Program-made: the position numbers and the translations under genes | Assembly (NCBI GenBank): GCA_023213395.1 | Contig: CM041465.1 | Span: 214,279,741-214,343,740, forward strand | Direction of reading: 5' to 3' | Source: Cycas panzhihuaensis | Taxonomy: Eukaryota; Plantae; Cycadophyta | Length of the DNA: 64,000 bases | Part shown: one piece after another, positions 52,601-64,000 of the stretch | How positions within the stretch are numbered: position 1 is the first letter of the stretch | How the letters are laid out: every line of letters starts with the position of its first letter | The notes under the pieces: model-generated | What the model was told of the DNA's origin: nothing | What the model saw: the letters and a program-made list of their open reading frames with translations, nothing else | Databases searched by the model: none

Positions 52601-54902
52601 GAATAATGATTTACCTGAAGAGATAATGGGTCTGGATTGTGCAAAAGCTAGGCTGTGGGCTTGTCATGACCATTATGAGTAGCCATCTTAGCAGATTTTA
52701 TATAGGGGTTGGATCCCCTTTTAATCCCAATATTTATTTACACCATATCAAAAAAAAAAAAAAAAAAAAAACTAGGAATAGAATGAAAACACAAGTTGGT
52801 AATCATTACTTAGAAAGAAAATTATAAGCAAATGAGTGTATGTACCATTTCCTTTCTACCAAACTTTCATATAAATTAAGAATGGACAAAAGATATCTCT
52901 AAGATTTGATGGTCCATTCAAGTGACACACAAGATATGCAAGGTATCTTATGCCTTGGACCTTCTAACCTGAGCTTAAATTCATAATGAATTTTAATTCT
53001 TATAGCTAAAGTAGTATGTGGATAGTTAAATCCACCTAATCACACATTACCCTAACTAAATTATTAAGGGGAATTAATTAGGATACCAAAATAAATTATA
53101 TGATAGTGGATTAGGAAACTTCAAAATAGGAAGATCCATAAATACTTGATCAAATAAAAGGATATTCCAAAGGAGGATTCTACTTAGGAAAATTTAGAGA
53201 TTTTCAAATAGTGCATATAATAGCTTCATGGATGCCATAGTTTTTTAGGAAGGGGCAAAACATTATGAAGTTATATAAGGGCTTCTAGAAGATCATAAAA
53301 ACCATAAGTAAATTTAGAAGGAAGCTATTTATAACTTTACTAGAAAATTATTAATAACTTCATAAGGAAGTATGGAAAGTTCTAGACTTGTATATAAAAT
53401 TATAAATAAGATGATTGATGAATGTAAATGTTAGATTTTAGAATTAAAATTACATTATTCTCTATGTTTTGCATATTCATATGTGTCTGCATTATGCCCA
53501 TTTCATTTCTTAGAATGTGTGGTCCTAGTAAACTCGATGTGTCTTTCGATGCAAATAAAAATGCCAAAAGAATGACTTGGGTTTCATTGTTTTAATGTGA
53601 ATTAGGAAGGTATGTGCATTTTTAACCTCTTTAGAAATGTGATAAGTGCACATGCATGAGGTTGGAACCTTTTAAAACACGTATACTATTTATCACACAT
53701 AAGTGTAAATGAGGTTATAACTCAAATACAAATATGAACAAAATAATAACTCAACTCATCCTCATTTCTTTTCTTAGCAATATGGATTAATGAGTATATG
53801 CATCCACAAGCTTCATTAAAAAATGCATGATGAATTCTAACCCTTAATCCTCTAATGAGGTATATCGCAAACTTTCATTCTTTAATTAAAAAGCACACCC
53901 ATATTTTTCTCAATTCCTTCTTTTTTTTTCCTTCTTATTTTAAATCCAATATTCACTCCAAATAAATGCTCAGAATGAATGAAACAAAGACTTCTACATG
54001 TATGAGATTTGAACTTCATTCCTTCAAATTCTATTATAATTACTCTTTTTAATCAAAGACTCAAAGAAAGCATATGCATGAAGAAATAAGAAAAATGAAA
54101 TGGAAAGTAATTCAAAGGAATGCCCAAGAAGATTTGACTATGTGATATTTTGAATGATTCTTTATAAATCATGAAACATTATCATCATATTCAATCATTC
54201 AATGTGTATTTAATTGACTAAAAAGGAAAATAAGAATGTATTTTCATCCTTATTAAAACATTTATTGAGATTATATTAAGGCGTTCCTTCAAAGGAATAA
54301 TAACATATGTATTAGAATGAGTATTAAGGCAATAAATAAACATGTGTTGAAATATATATTAAATCATGGATAAACAAATGTTAAAACATTTGTTAAATGT
54401 ATTAGAATACTTCTTAGTAAGTACATTTAATTCTCTACTTAATCATTGAAGTCTATGCCAAGATTCCTTCTAAAAAATACATCCAAATAGTTGTTAAAGC
54501 CTCTTAAAAATTAATCATTTAATGAGTATTTATTTATTCACTTGAAATATATTTATATTCACATTGAATCCTCAAAACTTGAGATCATTATTATTTTAAC
54601 AAATATTATTTTTCTTTAAATTACACCCTATGTTATCATTATTATTATTATTTATGAATAATTATAAGACAAGCCTACTATCAGACTCCGTGAACTATAT
54701 ATCAAAATTAAATTAAATAAGGATGAAGGTACAAAGAGGATAAGGGACAATAGAGACAAAAAATGAATTGGAATGTAGTAGAGTTGTTTATATATGGAGA
54801 TCATTTTAGATGGTGTAAGTAGAGGAGGTTTCAATGATGGGCACCATGGAATGTTAGAGTTTTCTATGGGAGCCTACTACTTATAGCCCTATGTTTGAAG
54901 CT
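46680..54902 (+). repeat. Copy 2 of the ~8-kb direct duplication (contains an L1 fragment)
   Basis: Colinear with 30540-44897 once the two insertions are removed. Confidence 0.9.
52519..52771 (+). mobile_element. 5'-truncated plant L1 LINE (RNase H end, 3' UTR, poly(A))
   Basis: Encodes IHIYREGNGVANSLANWG, the HxxRExNxVADxLA motif of plant L1 RNase H. 22-nt poly(A) at 52750-52771. 14-bp TSD ctaggaatagaatg (52505-52518 / 52772-52785). Empty site at ~39228-39242. Confidence 0.92.
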
Positions 54903-55958
54903 AGTTTGTTGGCTTTATACAAATCACAATAGGGAAAATAAGGTGATTAGTTTAAAGAGAAAGCATTTTCAAATAACTCCTAAGAAGGAGTATTTACCCA
55001 CTTGTGAGTGTATTCTAAACTAAGGAAATAATATCAATATAAGAGAAAAATTTTCACATGCATAAAAAACCTAAAATAGATCTAAGTCTAACAACAAAAC
55101 AAACCTAAATACAACAACTAGGATGCATTTTTCATTTACATGAAAACATTATACACTATGCATGCAAGTAAAGATAAGAAAGAATATAAGAGGTAAGGGA
55201 GATCTAGGTACCTAAGTTGTACTTACAGTTATCCTACTACTTACTCCACTTCTTTTTCTACCAATTTAGGTATGCTCAATAGAATATAAAAGAGTAAAGA
55301 GTTAGATAATCATGTAGTTACAAACTCAAACCTAGGACCCATTAAGCCAAATCTTATAAGATGAAGATTTTTCTTTTCTTCTATATGCAAGTGTAATAAG
55401 AAAGTAATCAAAGTAAACAAGTGAAGAACCAAAAGATAATTCACTTTGCTTCCTTTCTCTTGTTTCACCTTTTCTAATAAATATTGAGATCAAAGAAAGA
55501 GACATGTAATTGATGATAAATTTTGTGATAAAATGGCTCCACTTTCTTGGTGTCCCTCTTTGTGCTGAAATTGAGTTCAATGGTAGAAGAAACAAAAGAC
55601 AAGTATTGTAATAATAGATAAAAAAAATATAATATCTCTTACATACAATCCTTCAAGCAATTCAAAATGATCCCCAACTAGCATATAACTTGAAAATAAC
55701 CTTTACATGCAAGAAAACAATTAGATCATTCAACAACTTTCTCTCTAATTTCTAATTCTACCTCCTCTCATGAGTCTAAGAATCAATATACCAACCCTTT
55801 GAAGGGTCAAACTTATTAAGAATCATGAGAAAGAGAGAATTAATTTAGTGAAATCACTCAAATAAAATGATTAAAACACTTCTAACAATCAAAACATACC
55901 ATCTAATCATGTAATTTTAAAGATGATGAGAGTTAAAAATAAGAACAAAGAAAACTTC

Positions 55959-55961
<3 letters not shown>

Positions 55962-55990
<29 letters not shown>
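55962..55990. repeat. (CA)n microsatellite
   Basis: About 14 CA units. Confidence 0.95.
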
Positions 55991-55994
<4 letters not shown>

Positions 55995-56744
55995 TCTCAA
56001 TCAATAAGAATTTTACCTTGATAATGATTGAAACTAGTAGTAGTTACCTCAGAATGGTGTTATATTTCTACCCAATCTTTACCATCAAGTCCTCAAGGCC
56101 ATAAGCGTGACAAAAGTGATGATAAAAGTATCAATATAGGTGGTGAACCACATAAGTGAAAGGAGTAGAAGCTATAAAAGATAGATTTCAGTGGATGAAT
56201 GAGCATGTAGACCTAAGAACTAAGTAGGATATAAGGTAAATGTAGCCCATTATTCCTCATAGTAGGATTAACAAGATCTTATAAGGATAAATCCTTAATA
56301 AAATCTAAAACAATATAGAAAAGACAAGTCAAATCTCATAAAAAACTTGGTAATCTTAATGGCAAAAACTCACTTGAGGAAGAATACACATAGATAAACT
56401 CTTAAAACTTAGTTAAAATAGACTCATACTAGCCTACTCCACTACTACTGGATTACTAATATATGCTATGAGATACCCAAATTATGCCCTCTCTCTACCC
56501 TCCTCCTTTATATGACTGAGTTAATCCTAAATAGAAAATCATACCATGACTTTTGTCCATGATCTGGTTGATTTCAAATAAGATTTTTTCATAGATAAGG
56601 TTGACAGGTAGTTTGAGAGGATAAGTGAGTGAGTTCCTATAGATTTGGGCAATAAAAACTGAGAGAAAATATAATTAATATTTCTATTTTTAAAAATTTA
56701 TCTATAATATAGTGAAAAACATGAGTCATATTTTATGAAAAATG

Positions 56745-56945
56745 AAAAATGTAGCTTCCTTAATGAAACATGACCAATTGCAACCAATAAAAAATATGAG
56801 CTTCTTAATAAAATGTGAACAATTATGACTAATGAAAAATGTGAGCTTCTTAATAAAATGCAATCAATTACAACCCAAAAAAATGAGCTTCTTAATAGAA
56901 TGCGACCAGGTATGACTAAGTCACATTTTATTAAGAAGGTCCCAT
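56745..56945. repeat. ~44-bp tandem repeat x4 plus a partial inverted copy, probably within a Tat-type LTR
   Basis: Unit ~aaaaatgtgagcttcttaataaaatgtgaccaattatgactaat, followed by gtcacattttattaagaag (reverse complement of the core). Confidence 0.85.
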
Positions 56946-57764
56946 TTTTGGGCCAACTGAAAACATGACTAATGGGAAATAGATCAAAACTCTTAAAACT
57001 AAATTTTTTCTTAAATAAAATCAGTCTATAATGGATTATTAAGTTTAAGAATTAACTGATGAATCCAAAATTAGTAAAACTCAACACTAGAAATGGAACT
57101 AAGCATGTTAAACATATCAATTAAGATAAGTTGAAGTAACATCAAATAGAAAGTAGGGTAATAATTAGAGTATTTAAATGAGATGGTTTTAAATTGGGAA
57201 GAAAACAAAACATGTCTAATAGTATCAATCATTGACAAGTAGATAATCATCATCATATCTAATCAATAATTCCATCATCATATCATAGTCTAAAGTGACA
57301 AAACAAAAGATCAAACACATACAATCATGACTAAACTATGAAATGATGAATCAAAAACCAATCAATGATTCCAAAGAATACCAAATACATATTCAAATAC
57401 ACACATTAGATCCAATCATTAAATAATATATGGTGAATGATCTAGTGATGAACCTAATTGAGTGAAAGGGCCCAATTTTAGTAAACATTTGTACCCTTGT
57501 CACCATAAGCTCTTACTTTGGGATGAAAGTAGAATGGTGAATAGTGGTAACATGGAATTAAGATTTAATATATTTTTTATGTTGAAATAAAAGTGAAACT
57601 TGAATGATAGAATCATATATAATGGAATAAAGATGAAAAACTACTTTTATTAGAACCAACTCTAATGAAACTAGGAAAAACATGACTAAATTATACTATC
57701 AAACTTGATCATTGATGATATTAGATCACCTATTGAATTAATGAGGCTTTAAAATTGTGAGTGT

Positions 57765-58060
57765 TGCCATAGTTTAACTTCATTAGAAATGCTTCAAAAT
57801 GGGGTCCAATACAAGAGCATACCAGGGAGAGACTACCATAGTTTAAGCTCATTAGCGGGTGAGTTTTTAAAGCTAAGAGACTACCATAGTTTAGGCTCAT
57901 TAGTAGGTGAATTTTTAAACCATAAGACTACCGTAGTTTAAACTCATTAGTAGATGGAATTTTAGAGTATAAAAGTACTATGGTTTAAGCTCATTAGTAG
58001 ATGATTTTTTGAAGCTTAATGACTACCATAGTTTAAGCTCATAGTAGGTGTCTTTTCAAA
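57765..58060. repeat. ~47-bp tandem repeat x5-6 in the Tat 3' UTR
   Basis: Unit gactaccatagtttaagctcattagtaggtga(t)ttttt..aag... Confidence 0.9.
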
Positions 58061-58186
58061 GTGTAGTAGTTTATACCCATTTTAGAGAAGTGCCCCCAAC
58101 TTTGAATAAGAAGGTTATGAGTGACAGTATTCTAGGATATAAGAGACTAAAGAGTCTACTTCAATATTATGATTATATGAGATAGA

Positions 58187-58500
58187 CTATATAGTAACTA
58201 ATGAGAAAGAAGACAATAATAACAAAGTCAAATGATAAAGGGAATGTAGTTGAGGAGAATAAACATGATATATATCAACTAGTTGATAGACTATGACTTG
58301 AGAATTATAATACAACTCAATAAATACATGGTGAAAGTGTAATAACTTTGCCAAAGATCTTATGATTGCTATATACTTGGCCTCATTATTAATTTCTTGA
58401 GGTAAAAATATATTGGAAGAAGTTAAAAAAAAGATTACATAAGTGATCATGTATTACCCATGTAATGATGGATGATCCTTGATTACCCTTATTAACTCCA
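58187..58500 (-). pseudogene. Degenerate archaeal-type RNase H (aRH) domain
   Basis: 'INNEAKYIAIIRSL...IELYYNSQVIVYQL..Y.V..PQL' resembles TNN.AEY.A.I.GL...V.GDSQLV..QV.G.Y. Confidence 0.7.
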
Positions 58501-61500
58501 TCAGTATGTATACTCAATGCCATGGTAAAATAAGATCAATACTCAGAGATCAAGTGATAGATATGGGAAAAGGTAGGAATTAACCTATAAGGAATTGGTT
58601 GTTATAACAAGGGAGTTAGTTTTGACTATAAAATAAGGGGGATAGGTTCATGACTAGGTTTAATCATTATAAGAACATGACTCTAAACATAAAAATAAAG
58701 ACTACAATGGTGTCGAATAGGTTTCAATCACAATTGAGGCCATACTAGGCCCAAGTAATTAGATTTAAGAGTCCTAAATGATGTACCCAAATGAACTCAA
58801 TCTATAATAGATGCAAATAGAGATGAAGTCATCATGTAACTTGCTTTAGATAATAAGAGGGTATAAATGACAAACAAACAACTTTACTTACTTATTTTTT
58901 GATTTTTTTTTTCTTTTTTCTTTTTGATTGACTACTTTTTAATACTATTGACTATATAATTCTATATAATAGCTCAGTGGGTCATGGTGGACTAGGTATT
59001 ACTAAACCTACCTTCTAGAAGATACTCATTCACCATCTTGGTTACAACTATCATGTGATTTTTACCAACATAAGATGAAGAGAGAACACATAATCATATA
59101 TGACTGATAACTCACCTAACCATGAAATACCTTCTCATAATATAATAGGGATAACCATTTTTAACAAAACTAGGGTAATGAGGGCTATCAACCAAATTCC
59201 TTAAAGATTAAACCATGGGAAAAGATAGGATCTCTAGATCGTAATATCTCTAAGTATAATAGGAAGGTGATAGAATGGGCAATAACCTTAGGAGTATAGT
59301 AAGAGGATACCAAGGATCATATGAAACACAAGGTCAAGTAAGTGTATATAAAAGGTATGCAAGTAAAATAAGTCCCAATACTAATAAATAAGAACCTAAA
59401 GAGACCAAAGTATCCCACACATTTATTAAAGCTGGCCACTTAGACTCTATATCTAATTATGACCTAGATCAATAGAGGTAGGGGCCTAACTTATCTCCTA
59501 AGTATAAAACCTAGAATAGAAGATTATGAGTGTTTTGATCATAAGTGGCTAAGGCAAAGGTATGTGCTTAATGACCAATGCTTATAGCTAACAAAGGGGC
59601 AGTAGTCTTATATGATCATTAAGAATGATTCATATATAATAAGCTTCAAACTCAATAAAAAAACGAAAGTAGATAAAGAGGGAATCTATAATTACATGCA
59701 AGTGAAATTCATGATAAAAAGATAAAGAGGACCATCCCTAGTTTTATCTCATTAAACAATAAAGATTTAAGAGCCATAATTTACCCTCATTGTGGAGAAT
59801 GGTGTTCTAAATATCAAGTATAAATTCTTCATAGGAATTATGGATTTATTGGTTTCTAGAGTTGAAATCCACCAAGAGTTGAGATACAATAAGCAACATT
59901 CTTCAAATCTTCAACAACTAGATATGGACCTACCCACTTAGGTATAAATTTTTATTATCTATCATGCAAGTACTCAAGCTTAAGGAATTTGTCTCTAATA
60001 TGAAGCTCTCAAGGTTTCAACTATCTATCATGTACTACTTGGGATCTTACTTTTAAATCCAAGTTATTTTAAAGGGTAGTTAAATGTGTTTCATCTATTT
60101 CTAAGTTAATATCAATAGTCTCACCCAAGAGCATAGTGTTTCCTTTCTCAAAATGAGGAGGATTAGGATTTATAAAAGATGTGGCATTATTTAAAAACTA
60201 GTGAGGATTAGTTAAAGATGAATTAGGATGCACCTATTTAGCAAACCCAAGCTTATGGTGAATAAGATAAAGGTTAGGCAAAGCCCCAAGCAGGTATTCT
60301 AAAATTGCTTCATCATTTTCAAAATGGTCTAATTGAAAAAAAATCCCTCAAAATAGAATTCTTAGTCTTAAATTTAGGATGGTGAGGCAAATCTATAAGA
60401 GGAAAATTCTCAAGAAATTGATGGTCTTGACTTAGGATAACATTCATTATTAAAGGTACTTGTAAAAAAGAAGTAGCTTGACTTGAAAATACCTAATTTA
60501 AACTAAGGACTCAATGAACACTAGATCTATCAATGTAAGAAGTATTTCAAGAGAAGATATATAAATAAGAGATAATGAAGTATATTGAGAGGACTCTTAA
60601 GAAGGAAGAGAAATGTTGGAAACCATATTCACTTCCTAAATATCCCCAAGTTATATTAGACTTAGTATGGATGGGAGAGATACTAAAGGCATATCACCTT
60701 CATGAGGTAAAATATCTAGATGCTTGTGTAGTAAAAATTTCATCTCATGACAATTAAGTTAAGCAATAAATAAAGGAGATTGATGATAAGAAACCTTACT
60801 AGATGATGCAATAGAGTCATAAGATAAGTATGCTCATCTATAGGAGTGGAAACAAATGGAAATCTATTAGGTGTATTTTTAATAAGATGCAAACATAAGG
60901 TATGTGTTAGATCTTACTCATCAACTAGTAAAGTAAAAGGAATAATTTTTTAAAATAGCGGCAACTCATTAAAGGATTGACTACCATTGTCTATCATTTC
61001 TTTTATAGAAGGAAGAATTGGGAAGGGTTCCAAAGTGGATTGAATAATCTTAACATCATTATAAGAAGGTGAAAATATTTACTGAGAGGATACCTTTTCA
61101 ATCATATTTACTCCCTTGATTTTATATTCACATGGAGGAGTCTTAATATAATAATATTATCCTAGACTTAGAGATTGGAAGAAATTATCAAAAGAATTTG
61201 AGGACTCTCTAATTTATACAATAATTTCCACTAATAGGACTAATTATTAAATAGGTCTTGGTCTTTATTTTATGATCTTAAACTCTCCCTTATGGATGAA
61301 CTAAAATTCACAAAATAGAGAAGAACAAACAATAGACATTTAGGTAATTCACAGTCTACCTAAAAGAATATTATACTCTAAATCTAGATCTATAATAGTA
61401 ATACCAACCATGACCATCTTCCCTTATAAAGTAAAAGGAAGTAAGTTGACTAAGAGAATATTTCTAATTTTTATTATAGCCTTGATATATCCATTCACAT

Positions 61501-63600
61501 GGTTCAAAAGTAGAAATATCCAAGTCTTTAACAAGATGAAGATAAATTATATATTAACTGATGAACCCTCATCAATAAGAATTTGTAATATGTTGATGTC
61601 ATGTTTATATATTTCAATATAAAAAGGAGGAATGTTATTAGGAGAATGTTTAGATTGACAAGGCAAGGTAGGTAAATCAAATGAGAGAATAAGGCTCAAT
61701 GAAGGGTTGAGGGTAAGAATCCCTAAGGCATCAAGCAACAACTAACATTACTCAAGATAATTTCTTAACAAATCCATTACTAAAATATCCATAAGAATAC
61801 TTTTTAATTCTTCAACCAAAGAGCAAGGTCTATCCTTTAAAGTAGAATGAATAAATCTAAAATGAATAGGATAAGGAGGAACAAGTAGCAAAGAATCAAG
61901 ATTCTTGATGAATAAATTTTAAGAGGATTTGGTCTCACCTAAGTTCTTTATGACCTTAACTATTTTAATCATTGTCTTGGCTTCTGTACCTTTAAAATGT
62001 GGCTAATTCTAATTACTAATTCATTTGTTAGTCACATTACATGAGATGATAGCCTTGTTAATTAGATCAGAACCTAAACTCTTATCATCACTTACTTCAT
62101 CCTATTTATCCTTGCCTTTATTCTTATCTTTAATATCTTTAAAATCATGTTGGGGTAATGGATCTTTATGGATGAGTTGCTCATGGTTTAGTCTCGACGT
62201 TGGATTATTGGAAGATTGAGGCTTTTGGCTTACGGATTGAACTACTCAACATTGAATTCTATTATGATTATGAGTCTAATGATACAAATACAATGGAGTC
62301 TTCTTCATTATAGGTACAGGAAGGGGATTCTAATACTTCTTTCCCTCATTAAGATGAATGATCTTAGTTTATTGACTAGGTTGATTATAAAGAGAATTTT
62401 TGATATGCAACTTGGTATTTATAGTACACTCAGGTGCTCTGATAGATAAAGTAAGATGATAATAAGTTTGGTCAATATGGCTTAACTTAGGTGATTTGAT
62501 TAACTTCTCTATTAGAATAAACTTAATGATCTTCTTAATACTAGCCTAAATTTTGAAGGCCCAGAGATCTAAACACTTATTAATAGCCTTTTCATAAGAT
62601 TGAGGACCAAGCTTTAAGACTTCAAAATATGTGTGAGTTCTTAGAGCATTAGTTAAGAGATCAAAGAGGAGACTAGGATCAAGGGGAGAGTGATAAGCAT
62701 GAACTAGGTCCAAATCATGATTATATTTAATTAATAACAAAGTTTTAATCCCAATCTTGAAAGGCCTAGCAATAACAAAATAGCTAATACATAAATCATT
62801 TAGTTATTAAAAAGAGAATATTGAAACAAAAGGGAGATGGTAAAACCATTTCAATGTATCACCTTAAAGTGATCTAGGGAATAACCACATCATAACATAA
62901 TTATAAGGCAAGAAATTAGAATATGTAAGTGTAAAATCTTATACATACAAAGCAAGACCTTGAGAATACTAGCCCAAAAACTTTAGAAATTTAAGTAAAA
63001 ATGGGGGCATAGATAAAAGGAGGACCTTATAGAAAATGAGACCTCATATAGTTAACAAAAGACCTCCTTAGCCTTGACATAGAAGGATGTTGAAGAGGAG
63101 GTTCTTGATAAGGAAAAGAAGTGATGGGTGGATGTTGATCAATATGATAAGGGCAAAAAGATGATGGATAAGTGGGATTAAACCATATAATAAGGTTAAT
63201 ACTAGCATTTATTTGAGAAATAAGGCATTGTAGGATTAAAAGGTTATATTGAAGAGGAGAGGTGGTGTATTAAGAAAAAGGCCTAGGAGTGAAAGATGTA
63301 GGCTTCTTAATAGGTCTAATAGTTTACTGGTGATAGGTGTGTTAATCAAAAGAAACATGGGGATGAGAACCTTAAGTATCATGCCTAGAATATGGGGGTG
63401 ATAAAGGGATATGTCCCTTATAAGGAGAAGAAGGAGGGGGTTTTGCAATATATGTGGTATTCTTGATGAGAAAATATAACTGCAGAAGCAATGTAATAAT
63501 AGAACTTTAAACCATACAAAGAATAAATAACATAAACAAATCAAGGACTTAACAAAGAATATTAGGAGATTCAAGTCTAAGCATAAAACTTTTATTAATC

Positions 63601-63971
63601 TGAGTAATAGCTAAAGAATTACAGAGATGAATAAACCCCAACTCTTCACCTCAACTCATCCATAATCATATCATCATGTTACATGTGCCATTACATAAGA
63701 ATATATAGACACAACATTATAAGATACCACCTTGTGACTTTACAATACAATGGGCATAAACCATGGGCTGATAAAAAAACCCCATAAGACATCTAAAAAA
63801 TTTTCTTAGGGGCTCCTGCCCCTAAACCCCCACCTGGGGCCGCTAGCCCCCTAGACCCTCGACCTGGGGGCCCTACAATAGGCCCCCAGACACCACAAAG
63901 GGGCTCAAGTGTAATGCCTATACCCATGTAACACTTACAAAGTATTCAACATATCTAACAATCTCTCACTT
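63601..63971 (-). mobile_element. 3' LTR plus PPT of another LTR element extending beyond the window
   Basis: ...tctaaca (63960) followed by atctctcactt (rc aagtgagagat, copia-type PPT). GC-rich ggggc/gcccc tracts at 63808-63905. Left boundary uncertain. Confidence 0.55.
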
Positions 63972-64000
63972 GTTGAACACTTTACAAGAAAACCTACACA

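Larger units (their letters stand above)
56300..63600 (-). mobile_element. Non-autonomous Tat-clade Ty3/gypsy remnant (gag-PR-[RT/RH missing]-INT end-aRH-3' UTR repeats-LTR); ends approximate
   Basis: gag LFPRSL*GD.LKWFYHLP (~62830-62890). Protease ILIDEGSSVNI (61547-61741). Integrase end KFIPKWVGPYLV (~59915-59955). Archaeal-type RNase H ORF 58187-58450. Putative PPT/LTR junction agggtacaaa-tgtttact at 57487. Confidence 0.75.

Noticed and set aside
52639-52827. ORF with poly-lysine
   Set aside because: It is a translation of the L1 poly(A) tail.
30540-54902. The two 8-kb copies as giant LTRs of one element
   Set aside because: The unit contains pol remnants of different elements, and no PBS, PPT or TSD was recognised at its boundaries.
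54907-56300. Defined LTR or host gene starting at tgttggc (54907)
   Set aside because: It marks the end of the duplication and may be an LTR start, but no partner, TSD or coding motif could be established.
57765-58060. CRISPR-like appearance (conserved core plus variable linker)
   Set aside because: Linkers are homologous to one another, there are no cas genes, and the context is a eukaryotic TE. It is an ordinary tandem repeat.
63236-63574. 112-aa hydrophobic ORF as a membrane/env protein
   Set aside because: Probably an off-frame, C>T-decayed reading of the proline-rich Tat gag N-terminal region.

Overview
AT-rich, CpG-depleted plant intergenic DNA, probably from a large gymnosperm-type genome, made almost entirely of nested, decayed retroelements. 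No intact host gene, RNA gene or CRISPR array was found. Main contents: (i) a full-length but pseudogenised Ty1/copia element (13151-22438, minus, perfect CTCTT TSD, 338-bp LTRs about 90% identical) with a ~4.4-kb 5' leader, apparently inserted antiparallel into the leader of a related copia (gag-pol ~24700-28891, plus); (ii) four non-autonomous gag-only (TR-GAG-like) copia derivatives (1392-3193, 4514-8811, 34892-37703, 40309-43857); (iii) non-autonomous Ty3/gypsy remnants, chromovirus-like and Tat-like; (iv) an old ~8-kb direct duplication (~30540-44897 vs ~46680-54902) whose copies carry different later insertions, including a 5'-truncated RNase-H-bearing L1 with poly(A) and a 14-bp TSD. 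The most notable observation is that the long 5' leaders of two copia-type elements carry short fragments of conserved host genes, both antisense to the element: the N-terminus of RPB10 (41096-41157; subunit shared by RNA polymerases I-V) and the C-terminus of splicing factor U2AF35 (~21055-21169). This suggests a leader 'cargo zone' for host-gene capture. All coordinates, alignments and translations were made by eye.
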